The notes: generated from the sequence alone by a model not told the origin. A DNA stretch of 64,000 nt from an uncultured Gammaproteobacteria bacterium (GCA_963797555.1 CAWCPV010000003.1:864001-928000); one strand, 5' to 3'. Counted from the first letter of the stretch, positions 48,906-60,592 are shown. A program made the numbers and translations.

Positions 48906-50135
48906 CTATCCTCCTCGCTTGGGCTGAGCCCGGGGTTTGCGCGACTTGGCGGCACTTCTGGCACCGGGGGCGCCCTTCGCCGCTGACGGCGCCAGCGATG
49001 TGCGGGATGCCCTGAGGGTTGCCAGTTCCTCTCGCAGCTGCGTTACCTGGGCTTTCACATCCGCAACGTCCAGACCTTCCACATCCTCGCGGAGCTTCCC
49101 CACCGCCCGCGAAAGATCCTCTGCGTCTGTCTTCTTGGCCTGTGCCTCCAATTCCTTGACCCGCTGGTTGAGGTGGTGAGCACGCTGGTGAGCAGTGTTC
49201 AGCTCGTGCCGGCTCGGCATATTCATCGCACTCAGCACCTCGTCCACCATGAGCTGCCCATGCCGCTTCAAGGCCATCGAGGAGTTGACCAGTGCGGCAC
49301 TAAGCTCACCGTATTCGCCGCTGGACACGACCTCCGCATAGGCGTCCTCCCCACAGTCGACCCACAGGTCATACAGCGCTCTTGCAGTCTCCAACTGCTT
49401 GTCGCTCGAGGCCATTTCCAGGACTTTGCGCTGGAAGATCTCGAGGGCGCGCACGCCGACCTTTGCGAATACCGTCGTGTACTTGCGCAGTGCCTCGACG
49501 TAGTCCATCCAGTAGCGCATGGCCTCCTGCACCTGCTCCTGCGACTCGCGCGTGTAGCCCAGCGGAGGGATGGACAGGTACTGCTCGAATTTCAGGCGCA
49601 AGGCGTCTCCGATGTGGCGTACGTCCTCCTGCTTGAGGACTTGGAGCAAGTCTCCGGGGAATAGCGACAGCGACGAGGCGACCCGCCTCCAAGTGTCCAT
49701 CGGCAACCCCAAAAGGGCCATGCAGCCCTGTGCAGCGCCACTCGAGTTGGAGCAAGCCTTATTGAAGGCGTCTTTGGCCTGCTCGAGGCTGCGGTTAACG
49801 GCAGCCATCCAGTCGGCACCCGCCTTGTGGGCCGCCTCCACGTTGTTGAGCGCGCTAAATAGCTGCTCGCTCAAGCCTAGATAGCTGAACCCCTGATCCA
49901 GCAGCCGACCGTACAGCTCCTGGACCGGACCCTCAGTCTGGGACCTCAGCGCCGCCTGCCAGCGCTCTAGTCCTTCTCGCCAAAGCCGCCACGGGTCCGC
50001 ACTCACGCGCGCGCCGGCGCCGACCGCGGGGATGATCGACTGTCGGCCGAGCGATACCCACGCTTCCCAAGAACGCCGCTGTACGTCGGCCCATGCTTGC
50101 ATCCACTTGCCCGTCAACTCGGGTTGCTCATCCAT
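48906..50135 (-). CDS. phaE: Class III PHA synthase subunit PhaE
   Basis: PPLGYTRESQE, LYDLWVDCGEDAY and MPSRHEL motifs, coiled coil; 3 bp upstream of phaC. Confidence 0.92.
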   Translation of the reverse strand: MDEQPELTGKWMQAWADVQRRSWEAWVSLGRQSIIPAVGAGARVSADPWRLWREGLERWQAALRSQTEGPVQELYGRLLDQGFSYLGLSEQLFSALNNVEAAHKAGADWMAAVNRSLEQAKDAFNKACSNSSGAAQGCMALLGLPMDTWRRVASSLSLFPGDLLQVLKQEDVRHIGDALRLKFEQYLSIPPLGYTRESQEQVQEAMRYWMDYVEALRKYTTVFAKVGVRALEIFQRKVLEMASSDKQLETARALYDLWVDCGEDAYAEVVSSGEYGELSAALVNSSMALKRHGQLMVDEVLSAMNMPSRHELNTAHQRAHHLNQRVKELEAQAKKTDAEDLSRAVGKLREDVEGLDVADVKAQVTQLREELATLRASRTSLAPSAAKGAPGARSAAKSRKPRAQPKRGG

Positions 50136-50244
50136 GGTTCACCTTCTCGCTCGTCCGGGGCCACCGCCGGTCCGGCCCGGGCAATATTACACCGCCGCGA
50201 AGCATCTGGGATCGGGCGAGAAGTCTATCACGCACATAATTACA

Positions 50245-50269
50245 CCGCAACATCAATGGTTTGTTGCGG
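50245..50269. promoter_or_regulatory. Inverted repeat in the phaE/suf divergent promoter region
   Basis: CCGCAACA-N9-TGTTGCGG. Confidence 0.4.
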
Positions 50270-50354
50270 CGTGGGGATGCGCGCCGGGCCGCGGATGGCG
50301 CGCGAAGTTGAACATCCATAGCGGGCCATAGGCCCAACGAACAGCGAGGAAATA

Positions 50355-50393
50355 GTACTCCCTAAGTACCACATATTCGGACTATAATGGTCC
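50355..50393 (+). promoter_or_regulatory. Tandem Rrf2-type operators overlapping a TATAAT box
   Basis: GTAC-N7-GTAC (50355-50369) and GGAC-TATAATG-GTCC (50379-50393), just upstream of the Rrf2 gene. Confidence 0.55.
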
Positions 50394-50418
50394 CAGTTTT
50401 TCTGAGGAGGCGGCACTT

Positions 50419-50910
50419 ATGGTCCGCATGAGCAAACTCACTGACTACGGCACCGTCGTCATGAGCTACCTCGCCCGTCGGCCAAGCGAGCTTCACTCTG
50501 CGGGCGAGATCGCGGCGCACGTACACGTGGCGCTGCCCACCGTCAGCAAGGTGCTGAAGCTCTTGGCCCGCGATGGCCTGCTGGTGTCTTCCCGCGGAGC
50601 GCGCGGGGGCTACGGGTTGGCCCGGCCGGCAGAGGCCATCTCGATGGCTCAGATCATTCGCGCCATGGAGGGCCCCATCGCTCTCACGGAGTGCAGCGAC
50701 GAGGCTGGCAGGTGCGTCCAAGAAGCCCTCTGCTCCATCGGGGGCCACTGGCAACGCATCAACGAGGCCATGCAAGCGACCTTGGATGCCATCAAGTTGG
50801 CGGAAATGATCGAGCCGCTGCTGGCCAGGACCTCGGGGGTCCGCGTCGCCCAGCCGCAACGTTCGGCGGAGGATGTCCCATCTCCCCAGCCAAGCGATGT
50901 CGAACACTGA
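50419..50910 (+). CDS. Rrf2-family SUF system Fe-S assembly regulator (IscR-like)
   Basis: [16 protein letters not shown] and EGPIALTEC...C...C motifs. Confidence 0.9.
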   Translation: MVRMSKLTDYGTVVMSYLARRPSELHSAGEIAAHVHVALPTVSKVLKLLARDGLLVSSRGARGGYGLARPAEAISMAQIIRAMEGPIALTECSDEAGRCVQEALCSIGGHWQRINEAMQATLDAIKLAEMIEPLLARTSGVRVAQPQRSAEDVPSPQPSDVEH

Positions 50911-50932
50911 GATACGGACCCTGGAGACTCTT

Positions 50933-52378
50933 ATGGCCACATCGACCCAAGACATCAACGCACTTCTGAGCCGCAGGTACAAGCACGGATTCGTGACCGA
51001 CATTGATGCCGACACCGTGCCCCCCGGACTCAACGAGGAGGTAATCCGGGTCATCTCCGCCAAGAAGAACGAGCCGGAGTTCATGCTGCAATGGCGACTC
51101 AAGGCCTACCGCCACTGGCTCACGATGCCGCAGCCGAGATGGGCTCACCTGAAGATCGACCCCATCGACTTTCAGGCGATCAGCTACTACGCCGCTCCGA
51201 GGGTCAAGGAGGGGCCGAAGAGCCTGGGCGAGGTCGATCCCGAGTTGCTGCGCACCTACGAGAAGCTCGGCATCCCGCTCAAGGAGCAGGAGATGTTGGC
51301 AGGTGTGGCGGTGGACGCGGTGTTCGACAGCGTGTCCGTGGCGACCACCTTCAAGGACAAGCTGGCGAAGATGGGCATCATCTTCGGCTCCTTCTCCGAT
51401 GCGGTGCGGGAGCATCCCGAGCTGGTGGAGAAGTACCTCGGGTCGGTGGTCCCATACACCGACAACTTCTTCGCCACACTCAACTCGGCGGTATTCAGCG
51501 ACGGCTCCTTCGCCTACATCCCCAGGGGGGTGCGCTGCCCGATGGAGCTCTCCACCTACTTCCGAATCAACGCCAAGTCCACCGGCCAGTTCGAGCGCAC
51601 CCTGATCGTCGCCGATGAGGGTAGCTACGTAAGCTATCTGGAGGGCTGCACTGCACCGATGCGCGACGAGAACCAACTGCACGCCGCGGTGGTGGAGCTG
51701 GTCGCGCTGGAGGGCGCCCAAATCAAGTATTCCACGGTACAGAACTGGTACCCGGGGGACGAGGAGGGCCGCGGCGGAATCTACAACTTCGTCACCAAGC
51801 GGGGCGAGTGCCGAGGCGCTAATTCCAAGGTCTCTTGGACCCAAGTCGAGACCGGCTCCGCCATCACCTGGAAATATCCGAGCTGCGTACTCACTGGAGA
51901 CAACTCGGTGGGCGAGTTCTACTCGGTGGCACTCACCAACCACCGGCAACAGGCCGACACCGGAACGAAGATGGTGCACATTGGCAAGAACACGCGATCC
52001 ACCATCCTCTCCAAGGGGATCTCGGCAGGGCGCGGCCAGAACACCTACCGCGGGCTGGTAAAAGTCACCAAGGGGGCCGAGAGCGCCCGCAACTACACCC
52101 AGTGCGACTCCATGCTCCTCGGCAGCCGCTGCGGCGCGCACACCTTCCCCTACATCGAGGTGGCCAACCCCACAGCCAAGGTGGAGCACGAGGCATCCAC
52201 CTCGAAGATCAGCGACGACCAACTGTTCTACTGCATGCAGCGGGGCATCAGCTCCGAGGACGCGGTGTCGATGATCGTCAACGGCTTCTGTAAAGCAGTC
52301 TTCAAGGAGCTGCCGATGGAATTCGCAGTCGAGGCCCAGAAGCTTCTCGGGGTGAGCCTGGAAGGGAGCATTGGCTAA
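50933..52378 (+). CDS. sufB: Fe-S assembly protein SufB
   Basis: [24 protein letters not shown] and VEHEAS motifs. Confidence 0.97.
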   Translation: MATSTQDINALLSRRYKHGFVTDIDADTVPPGLNEEVIRVISAKKNEPEFMLQWRLKAYRHWLTMPQPRWAHLKIDPIDFQAISYYAAPRVKEGPKSLGEVDPELLRTYEKLGIPLKEQEMLAGVAVDAVFDSVSVATTFKDKLAKMGIIFGSFSDAVREHPELVEKYLGSVVPYTDNFFATLNSAVFSDGSFAYIPRGVRCPMELSTYFRINAKSTGQFERTLIVADEGSYVSYLEGCTAPMRDENQLHAAVVELVALEGAQIKYSTVQNWYPGDEEGRGGIYNFVTKRGECRGANSKVSWTQVETGSAITWKYPSCVLTGDNSVGEFYSVALTNHRQQADTGTKMVHIGKNTRSTILSKGISAGRGQNTYRGLVKVTKGAESARNYTQCDSMLLGSRCGAHTFPYIEVANPTAKVEHEASTSKISDDQLFYCMQRGISSEDAVSMIVNGFCKAVFKELPMEFAVEAQKLLGVSLEGSIG

Positions 52379-52433
52379 GAGATCGGGAAGACGGTTCAAC
52401 GGATTCATATCATTCGAAAGAGGTCAAAGGCGC

Positions 52434-53207
52434 ATGCTGTCCATCAAGAATCTGCACGCGAGCGTGAACGGTAAGCCCATCCTCAAGGGCATCGACTTGG
52501 AGGTCCGCCGGGGCGAGGTGCACGCCATCATGGGCCCCAACGGCTCGGGTAAGAGCACCCTGTCCCACGTCCTAGCCGGGCGCGCGGGCTACGAGGTCAC
52601 CGACGGCGAGGTGCTGTACGAGGGTCGCGATCTATTGGAGATGGCGCCCGAGCAGCGCGCTCGGGAGGGTATCTTCCTCGCCTTCCAGTACCCGGTGGAA
52701 ATTCCTGGCGTCAGCAACATCTACCTGCTCAAGGCCGCCGTCAACGCCATCCGCAAGCATCGGGGCGAGGTGGAGCTGGACGCGATGGACTTTCTCACCC
52801 TGGTCAAGGAGCGCACCCGGCTGGTAGAGATGGACGAGTCGTTCCTTTACCGGGCGGTTAACGAAGGCTTCTCCGGCGGCGAGAAGAAGCGTAACGAGGT
52901 GTTCCAAATGGCGGTGCTGGAGCCCAAGCTCGCGGTCATGGACGAGACCGACTCCGGACTCGACATCGACGCCCTGAAGATCGTGGCCAACGGCGTCAAT
53001 GCGATGCGCGGCCCGGAGCGCGCATTCGTCCTGGTCACCCATTACCAGCGCCTCCTGGACTACATCGTGCCGGACTTCGTCCACGTCCTGGCCGCAGGCC
53101 GCATCATAAAGTCGGGTACCCGGGAGCTGGCCCACGAACTGGAGGCCAAGGGTTACGGGTGGCTCGAGAAGGAGCCGGAGACGGCTGGGGCGGGGGTGAT
53201 GGGATGA
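52434..53207 (+). CDS. sufC: Fe-S assembly ATPase SufC
   Basis: [19 protein letters not shown] and [10 protein letters not shown] motifs. Confidence 0.97.
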   Translation: MLSIKNLHASVNGKPILKGIDLEVRRGEVHAIMGPNGSGKSTLSHVLAGRAGYEVTDGEVLYEGRDLLEMAPEQRAREGIFLAFQYPVEIPGVSNIYLLKAAVNAIRKHRGEVELDAMDFLTLVKERTRLVEMDESFLYRAVNEGFSGGEKKRNEVFQMAVLEPKLAVMDETDSGLDIDALKIVANGVNAMRGPERAFVLVTHYQRLLDYIVPDFVHVLAAGRIIKSGTRELAHELEAKGYGWLEKEPETAGAGVMG

Positions 53208-54547
53208 GCGGCCCGGCGTCGAACGGCATCGATCGCTATCTGCGCAGCTATGCGGATCGCCGAGCGACCCTGCCCGGCCGCTCGCTCCCGTGGATACAGG
53301 GACTGCGCGAGGAGGCACTGGCAAACTTCCGCGACCGGGGGTTCCCCACAACGCGCGAGGAGGAGTGGAAATATACCCGCGTGGCAGCCATCGAGAACGG
53401 GGACTTTGTGCCTGCGCATAACGGCGTGGATCGGATCGATGGGAGCTGGGTCGCCGCGCGGACCCTCGGCGACCCGGGACCTCACCTCATGGTGTTCGTC
53501 GACGGCCGTTTCGCGCCGGGATTGTCCCGTCTCAATAGCCTCCCGGGATCCGTGCAGGTGCGGAGCCTGGCCGAGGCACTGGAGAGCGAGCCGGACTTAG
53601 TCCAGCCCTACCTGGGCCGGCAAGCGGACAGTAGGCGGCATGGATTCGCAGCGCTGAATACGGCGCTAATGGCGGACGGCGCGTGCGTCATCGTGCCCCA
53701 CGGGGTGAGCCTCGAGGAGCCCATCCAGATAGTGTTTATCGGCGGCGTCCAAGGGAACACCGGTGCCTACATCCGAAACCTGTACGTGGCCGAGGCAGAC
53801 GGTCGGGCCACCATCGTCGAGACCTATGTAGGCTTCGACGACACCGCCTACCTCACCAGCGCGGTAACGGAGACGGTCTTGGGGCGGAACGCCGTGCTCC
53901 ACCATTACAAGCTGCAGCAGGAAAGCATGAAGGCCCACCACATTGCCGCGCTGCACCTCCATCAGGCGCGGGACAGCCAGCTCCAGGCTCACAGCTTCTC
54001 ATTGGGGGGGCTGCTTGCCCGCCACGAGATCAACGCCGTGCTCGCGGAAGAGGGGGTGCACTGCGCACTGAACGGTCTTTATCTGGCCGACGGCCGCCGA
54101 CAAGTGGACACCTACCTGTTCGTCGACCACGCCCGGCCGCACGGCACCAGCCGCGAGGAGTTCAAGGGCGTCGTTGGCGGCCGCGCCCGCGCGGTATTCA
54201 ATGGGAAGGTGCTGGTGCGCCAGGACGCCCAGCAGACGGACGCCCATATGAGCAACAAGAACCTCTTGCTGTCCAAGGACGCGGAGGCCGACACACGACC
54301 CCAACTGGAGATCTACGCCGACGACGTGCGCTGCACTCATGGCGCCACGGTGGGACAGCTCGACGAGGACGCGCTCTTCTATCTGCGCTCCCGCGGCATC
54401 GCCGAGCAGACCGCCCGGGGTTTCCTCATCTTCGGCTTCGCCCACGACATTATCGACCGTATCCCGGACGCCAAGGTGCGAAGCGGTCTGGCGCGGTTGG
54501 TCGTCGGTCATCTACCCAACCACGACCAAATGAAGGACCTTCTATGA
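53204..54547 (+). CDS. sufD: Fe-S assembly protein SufD
   Basis: [23 protein letters not shown] and LFYLRSRGI motifs; ATGA overlap with sufC. Confidence 0.95.
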   Translation: MSGPASNGIDRYLRSYADRRATLPGRSLPWIQGLREEALANFRDRGFPTTREEEWKYTRVAAIENGDFVPAHNGVDRIDGSWVAARTLGDPGPHLMVFVDGRFAPGLSRLNSLPGSVQVRSLAEALESEPDLVQPYLGRQADSRRHGFAALNTALMADGACVIVPHGVSLEEPIQIVFIGGVQGNTGAYIRNLYVAEADGRATIVETYVGFDDTAYLTSAVTETVLGRNAVLHHYKLQQESMKAHHIAALHLHQARDSQLQAHSFSLGGLLARHEINAVLAEEGVHCALNGLYLADGRRQVDTYLFVDHARPHGTSREEFKGVVGGRARAVFNGKVLVRQDAQQTDAHMSNKNLLLSKDAEADTRPQLEIYADDVRCTHGATVGQLDEDALFYLRSRGIAEQTARGFLIFGFAHDIIDRIPDAKVRSGLARLVVGHLPNHDQMKDLL

Positions 54548-55809
54548 GTGCCCAGGTGAAGCGGGTCGAGCCCACCGTGGCCCCATGTCCTGCCTATGAC
54601 GTGGGGCGGGTGCGGGAGGACTTCCCGGCATTGCACCAGACCGTCCATGGGCGCCCCCTGGTCTACCTGGACAACGGAGCCACGAGCCAGAAGCCCAACG
54701 CGGTGATCGAGGCATTGGCGGACTATTACCGCCGCTACAATGCCAATGTCCACCGCGGCGTCCACCAGTTGAGTCAGCTGGCCACCGAAGCGTACGAAGG
54801 AGCCCGCACGCGCGTGGCGGCCTTCATCCATGCCCGCAGTGCACGGGAGATGGTCTTCGTGCGCGGAGCGACCGAAGGGATCAATCTGGTAGCCCAGACC
54901 TACGGCCGGCAAAACCTGCGGGCCGGCGACGAGATCCTGCTCACCGAGATGGAGCATCACTCCAACATCGTTCCCTGGCAGATGCTATGCGAGCATACCG
55001 GAGCGGTCTTGAGGGTGGCCTCCATCAACGACGCCGGCGAGGTGAACCTGGCCCACTTCGAGTCCCTGCTAAGCGACCGCACACGCTTGGTGGCCGTGGG
55101 CCACATGTCCAATGCCCTGGGAACTATCAACCCGGTGCGCCGCATGGCGCGCTTGGCCCATGCTGCGGGCGCCAAGGTGCTCGTCGACGGTGCCCAGGCG
55201 GTTCCCCACCTGCCGGTGGACGTGCAGGCCCTGGACTGTGACTTCTATGTCCTGTCTGGGCACAAGCTCTACGGACCGACCGGCGTAGGCATCATCTATG
55301 GAAAGCTGGAGCTGCTGGAGGCGATGCCGCCTTACCAAGGGGGCGGAGACATGATCCGCATGGTCAGCTTCGACAAGACCGTGTACAACGACGTGCCGTT
55401 CAAGTTCGAGGCCGGTACCCCGCACATCGCCGGCGCCATCGGTCTCGCGGCCGCGCTCGACTACTTGAACGGACTGGGATTGGATGCGGTCGCGCGCCAT
55501 GAGAGCGACCTCTTGGATTACGCCACCGACGCTCTGAGCGCTATCAAGGGCCTGCGCATCATCGGCAACGCTCGCGAAAAGGGAGCAATCCTCTCCTTCG
55601 TGCTCAGCCGGGCGCATCCCCACGACATTGGCACTATCATGGACCACGAAGGGGTGGCCATACGGGCTGGGCACCACTGCGCCATGCCGGTGATGCAGCA
55701 TTTCCGAGTCCCCGCGACAGTCCGCGCCTCGTTCGCCTGTTACAACACCCGTGAAGAGGTGGATCGGCTGGTGCAGGCCATCGATAAAGTTCGAGATCTC
55801 TTTCCCTGA
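54544..55809 (+). CDS. sufS: Cysteine desulfurase SufS
   Basis: YLDNGATSQKP, SGHKLYGPTG and RAGHHCA motifs; ATGA overlap with sufD. Confidence 0.96.
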   Translation: MSAQVKRVEPTVAPCPAYDVGRVREDFPALHQTVHGRPLVYLDNGATSQKPNAVIEALADYYRRYNANVHRGVHQLSQLATEAYEGARTRVAAFIHARSAREMVFVRGATEGINLVAQTYGRQNLRAGDEILLTEMEHHSNIVPWQMLCEHTGAVLRVASINDAGEVNLAHFESLLSDRTRLVAVGHMSNALGTINPVRRMARLAHAAGAKVLVDGAQAVPHLPVDVQALDCDFYVLSGHKLYGPTGVGIIYGKLELLEAMPPYQGGGDMIRMVSFDKTVYNDVPFKFEAGTPHIAGAIGLAAALDYLNGLGLDAVARHESDLLDYATDALSAIKGLRIIGNAREKGAILSFVLSRAHPHDIGTIMDHEGVAIRAGHHCAMPVMQHFRVPATVRASFACYNTREEVDRLVQAIDKVRDLFP

Positions 55810-55881
55810 TGACCGCTGGAGGCGCGTCGCTCGGTCCAGACGGAGATCTATCGCCGCGGTCGCGCCTCTGAGGAGACAGAC

Positions 55882-56226
55882 ATGAGCACGGAGCAGTCCG
55901 AATCAGCAGCGGGTGGCGAAACCGAGGATCTGAAACCTCGCGTCATCGACGCGCTGCGCACGGTTTACGACCCGGAGATCCCGATCAACATCTACGACCT
56001 CGGCCTCATCTACGAGCTTCAGATCGAGTCCGGCGGTCACGTGGCCATCCGCATGACCCTGACGGCCCCAGGCTGTCCCGTGGCGCAGACCTTCCCGGCG
56101 ACGGTAGAGGGGACGGTGCGGGCCGTTGACGGAGTCGTCGACGCCGAGGTCGAGTTGGTCTGGGACCCCCCCTGGACTATGGAACGCATGTCCGAGGCTG
56201 CGCGGCTGCAGCTTGGGATGCTCTAG
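55882..56226 (+). CDS. SufT-like (DUF59) Fe-S maturation protein
   Basis: DPEIPINIYDLGLIY, MTLTAPGCP and WDPPW motifs. Confidence 0.9.
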   Translation: MSTEQSESAAGGETEDLKPRVIDALRTVYDPEIPINIYDLGLIYELQIESGGHVAIRMTLTAPGCPVAQTFPATVEGTVRAVDGVVDAEVELVWDPPWTMERMSEAARLQLGML

Positions 56227-56294
56227 AATCGGACTCAGGCGCCGCAAGGACTCGGCCCGGCAAGAGCGCTGCGTTGCCGAAGAGGAAGGCGCCC

Positions 56295-56616
56295 GTGGCG
56301 GATTGGGTAGACGTGGCACGTGTGGACGAGTTCCCGCCCGGGACTTGGCGGGTGGTGGAGGTGGAGGGCGCGCTGATAGCAGTATTCAACCTCGAAGGGG
56401 CGTACTACGCCATCGAGGACGTTCTGCACCCACGACGGCAGCACGCTGACTGGCGGGGATATCGAAGGAGAGGTGATCGTCTGTCCGCGCCACGGGGCGA
56501 AGTTCTCCATCAAGACGGGGGAGGTGCTCGCACCGCCCGCGTACGAGTCTGTCTCCATCTTCCCAGTGCGTACCGAAGGCGGCAAGGTGCAGGTCAAGGA
56601 CGACCGCTGGGACTGA
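56295..56616 (+). CDS. Rieske-type ferredoxin; +1 frameshift near 56423 as sequenced
   Basis: AIEDV then shifted CTHDG...CPRHGAKF (CxH...CxxH); stop at 56614-56616. Confidence 0.85.
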
Positions 56617-56699
56617 GAGTTTGTGAACAAAGCTGCTGCGCGTCCCGATGGCGGCGTTGCGCGGTGTTCATGGCATGCTTCCCTGTCCGCCACCCCTTT

Positions 56700-57170
56700 G
56701 GGGCGTCCCGGGGCGCTGGGCACCCCGAGACCGCGAGGGCGGCGGAGGCTGTTCTCCTGGAGGGCGGAAACGCGTTCGACGCATGTCTCGCCGCCCACCT
56801 CACCGCTTGCATCGCCGAGCCGTTGCTGACCTCGCTCGGCCGCAGTTCCCTGCTCACTCGCACCGCATCAGGCCGCGACATCCTGTTACGACTTCTTCCC
56901 GCAAACGCCGCTGCGCGCAATAGCTACGGCAGAGATCGATTTCTATCCGATCCACGCGAACTTCGGGACCGTGACCCAGGAGTTTCATATCGGCCTGGGC
57001 GCGATCGCTACTCCTGGCATCGTCAGGGGCCTGTTTGCCGTACACCGGGACCTCGCTAGCATGCCCATGGCGCGCATCGTCGAGCCTGCCGTGCGGTGCG
57101 CCCGCGAAGGCGTGGTAGTCAATGCCCTCCAGGCCTATACGCTGTCGGTGGTCAGTCCCAATCTATCGCT
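56700..57170 (+). pseudogene. Gamma-glutamyltransferase N-terminal fragment
   Basis: AGHPETARAAEAVLLEGGNAFDA...AEPLLTSLG, DFFPQTP and IATPGIVRGL across frameshifts; truncated. Confidence 0.75.
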
Positions 57171-57372
57171 ATCGGGCCACGCCGGCCCGCCCGCGCTTTG
57201 TGGGGCAGCGCGCTGGACCATGGGCGCTTCCCGGAGACCAAGGAGGTGAAACTCCTGCCGGACTGTATCGCGCCTGAAAAGAGCCTCAGGCACTGCGCTC
57301 GCCGGAGAGCTCTTCACGAGTTCGGCCTGGAGGCGACCACCGGTCGATTCGGGGGGCAGGCGTCGTTTGCGA

Positions 57373-58437
57373 TCAAGTCCCGGCCGATGCCGTTAGAAGG
57401 GTCCCCGTGAGATGCACGCTGCCCGGCTCCCCGAGTCGTCTCCCGATCTCGATCTGTACCGGCAAGGCTCGCCTGATCACCTCGGCGGCGGTCAGAAGAT
57501 GCTGCGTTATCTCCGCCGTTCGCAGCAGCGGCGCGCCGGGCACGACCGACGGCGGCAGCAGCAGTTGGTCGGCGAAATAGCGGTCCAGCGCCGCGCCCGT
57601 CTCCAGGAATGCAAACACCTCGTCCGCCCCCTCCTCGGCCACACGCTCGGCGGGCTTGCCACGCTCACCCAAGGCAAAGCAGCAGAAGCTGGTGTGAGCA
57701 AACTGGGCGGACAGCCAGCAGCATGGTCCTCGGGGAACCTCCAGGCAGGCTGACCAGATTCATCTCCAAGTTCTCGCAGACTCCGCAAAGCCGTTGCAGG
57801 GCACGCAAACGCTGTCGGCCGGCAATCTCCGGGTCGAGATTGCAGACCGCCGCCACACCACGGAGGTAACGCGCGGCGGCCACGCTCGGTCAAGTCCAGT
57901 CAGCCGGGTCGCCGGACGGATTTCGGCCAGAATGGCCCCGCCGTCGCGCGGATAGAAACCCGCCTGCTCCACCGGTAAGGCTGCCCCGTAACCGATGCAC
58001 GCGACAGCGGGCAGCCACTGCCTTTCCAGGTAGTGGTAGCAGGGGCTCCGAGGCACGTAGGTGCCGCCCGTGATAGTGGACTTCCGAGCCTACGCTCGCC
58101 AAGGCGAGAGGCAAGAAGATGGTCGGGAGTACCATAGAGGTGGCGCCAGCGGTCCCGACGTGGAAGCGGTAATGACCCTGACGCACGGATCCCGGTAAAG
58201 AAACTCAGCTCACGCGCGCCCAGCCTCGCCCCCTCGAAACGTCCGTCACAGTTGGCAGCGGCGGCTTCGACGGCCTTGAGGTGCTGCGGCATTAATTAAC
58301 CTCGGCGTAGCGCGCCGCGCGCGGATGTTGGTGACACGCAGCGGCGTTGACGTCAGCACCGAGAGCGCGAGGGCCGTTCTCAGCACTTGGCCGCCGCCCT
58401 CCGCCCGCGAGCCGTCGATGGCGAGCATTGCGGCCAT
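57373..58437 (-). pseudogene. rtcA: RNA 3'-terminal phosphate cyclase, multiply frameshifted
   Basis: [33 protein letters not shown] and LGERGKPAERVA...ADQL motifs spread over several frames. Confidence 0.85.
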
Positions 58438-58451
58438 GGTATTCTGAGCGG

Positions 58452-59336
58452 GTGCCGTGGATTCAGATCAGATTCGAGGTGCCACGGGACGACGCCGAAG
58501 GCCTCTCGGAAACCCTCGAGGCGGCGGGCGCGCTCGCGGTTGGGCTGGAGGATGCACGAGACGAGCCACTGTACGAGCCGGCGCCCGGCACTATACCACT
58601 ACCACTGTGGCCGTTGACCCGTCTGGTTGCCCTTTTCGAGGAGGGGACGGACGTTGCGAAGGTGCTGAAGACACTGAGCATCACCCTTGTAGCGGGGGTG
58701 CCGACACCGGTCAGGATCGCGGCGGTGGAGGAACGGGACTGGCAACGGGAATGCCAGGAGAACTTCACACCTCAGCTGTTCGCGGACCGGCTGTGGGTGT
58801 GCCGCACTTGGCACCGACCGCCCGACGGCCCAGCGAAACACGTCATTCTGGACCCGGGACTGGCGTTCGGGACGGGAAGCCACGCTACGACGGCTCTGTG
58901 CCTGGAATGGCTCGCAGCGCAGTCACTCGAACGGGCCACCGTGGTCGATTACGGGTGTGGCTCCGGCATCCTGGGAATCGGGGCGGCGCGGCTTGGTGCG
59001 GATGTCGTGTGGGCGGTGGACATTGATTCCCAGGCGCTCACCGCCACTGCCGAGAACGCTCGCTTGAACGGCGTCGACGGGCAAATGTGCGTGGCGGCCC
59101 CGGAAGCGCTGTCGGCAGTAATCGCGGACGTTGTGGTCGCCAACATCCTGGCGTCTCCACTCACCGCCCTGGCCCGCCGCTTCGCGCGGCTGCTGCATAC
59201 CGGCGGTCGAATCGCCCTGTCGGGCATCCTCGAAGCACAGGCCACGGGGGTCCAGTTGGCCTACGAGCCCTGGTTCTCGTTCGGGGACGCAGCGCAGCGG
59301 GAAGGGTGGGTGCGTTTGCAGGGGGTGCGCCGGTAG
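58452..59336 (+). CDS. prmA: Ribosomal protein L11 methyltransferase
   Basis: [23 protein letters not shown] and VANIL motifs; upstream of dusB-fis. Confidence 0.93.
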   Translation: MPWIQIRFEVPRDDAEGLSETLEAAGALAVGLEDARDEPLYEPAPGTIPLPLWPLTRLVALFEEGTDVAKVLKTLSITLVAGVPTPVRIAAVEERDWQRECQENFTPQLFADRLWVCRTWHRPPDGPAKHVILDPGLAFGTGSHATTALCLEWLAAQSLERATVVDYGCGSGILGIGAARLGADVVWAVDIDSQALTATAENARLNGVDGQMCVAAPEALSAVIADVVVANILASPLTALARRFARLLHTGGRIALSGILEAQATGVQLAYEPWFSFGDAAQREGWVRLQGVRR

Positions 59337-59599
59337 CTTTTTACAGGTATGATTTTGGCCCCCCGTGACAACGGGATCGGCCCGCGGACGGACGACCCCG
59401 GCGGACGACGGCCCGTATCCCACCTCGGGACAGAGGCGCCTCTTGCGCCACGGGCACTGTAGTCCACAAGGGGACGGCGAGGGGTATGTGCGTTGGGGGA
59501 CAATGCCGCGAGTGCCGGTTGAGCCAGCGAGCCATGACACCCAGCGACCAGCGAATTCGGGCTTGGCCCACACCGGCTGCTGCTTCCCGGTCTGACCGC

Positions 59600-60592
59600 G
59601 TGCGCATCGGGCCGTTCCAGCTCCCCAATCGTCTGGCGCTCGCACCCATGGCCGGCGTTACCGACCGGCCTTTTCGGCAGCTCTGCAAGCAGTGGGGGGC
59701 GGGCCTCGCAGTCTCTGAGATGGTGTCCTGCAGCTCGTTGCTGTCGGGCAGTGAGAAGACTCAACGCCGCGCAAACCACGAGGGCGAAGGCGAGCCCAGA
59801 TCCGTTCAGATCGTCGGGGCGGACCCCCGTATGATGGCCGAAGCTGCCCGCTACAACGCGGACCGTGGGGCACAGATTATCGACATCAATATGGGTTGCC
59901 CGGCCAAGAAGGTGTGCAACGTCATGGCTGGCTCCGCCCTCATGCGGGATGAGCAGCTCGTCGCCTCGATATTGCGGGCCGTGGTAGCGGCAGTGAGCGT
60001 CCCGGTGACCCTAAAAATCCGCACCGGTTGGGATACGGCCCACCGCAATGGCGTTCGCATCGCTCAGATCGCAGAGGATTGCGGCGTTCAGGCGCTGGCG
60101 GTGCACGGCCGCACGCGCGCATGCGGCTTCTCCGGAGAGGCGGAGTACGGCACCATACGAGCGATCAAGCGGGCGGTGAAGCTGCCGGTGATCGCCAACG
60201 GCGACATCACGACGCCCGAGAAAGCGCAGCGTGTGCTCGACGACACCGGAGCCGACGCGCTGATGATCGGCCGCGCGGCCCAAGGCCGGCCCTGGATATT
60301 CTCGATGATTGACCATTATCTCACTACCGGTGAGGTGCCACCCGAGCCCTCCCCGGCCGAGGTTCGCGACACGATGCTCGCCCACCTGCACAACCTGTAC
60401 GCGTTCTACGGCGACCGTACGGGTGTCCTCGTCGGGCGCAAGCACCTGTCCTGGTACAGCAAAGGCAGCGTGGGAGGCGCGGCGTTCCGGCAGATGATTA
60501 ATCGAATCGAGACGACCCAAGAACAACTAAAGCTCGCCCGCGGGTTTTTCGAGCACGGGGAGCACCCACAGATGGAGGAGTTGGCCGCATGA
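59600..60592 (+). CDS. dusB: tRNA-dihydrouridine synthase B
   Basis: LAPMAGVTD, DINMGCPAKKV, VHGRT and IANGDI motifs. Confidence 0.95.
   Translation: MRIGPFQLPNRLALAPMAGVTDRPFRQLCKQWGAGLAVSEMVSCSSLLSGSEKTQRRANHEGEGEPRSVQIVGADPRMMAEAARYNADRGAQIIDINMGCPAKKVCNVMAGSALMRDEQLVASILRAVVAAVSVPVTLKIRTGWDTAHRNGVRIAQIAEDCGVQALAVHGRTRACGFSGEAEYGTIRAIKRAVKLPVIANGDITTPEKAQRVLDDTGADALMIGRAAQGRPWIFSMIDHYLTTGEVPPEPSPAEVRDTMLAHLHNLYAFYGDRTGVLVGRKHLSWYSKGSVGGAAFRQMINRIETTQEQLKLARGFFEHGEHPQMEELAA

Noticed and set aside
36155-52408. Long antisense ORFs (36155-37615, 38438-39616, 40816-42423, 45950-47248, 50792-52408)
   Set aside because: These are shadow ORFs opposite well-supported dsr/suf genes, expected from high-GC codon bias.
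53683-55809. 708-aa ORF as a fusion protein
   Set aside because: The N-terminal part is an off-frame overlap with sufD. The real sufS starts at 54544.
57373-58437. Functional link between rtcA and the Cas6-like nuclease via RNA cyclic phosphate ends
   Set aside because: The genes are about 28 kb apart, rtcA is decayed, and there is no rtcB or shared operon.
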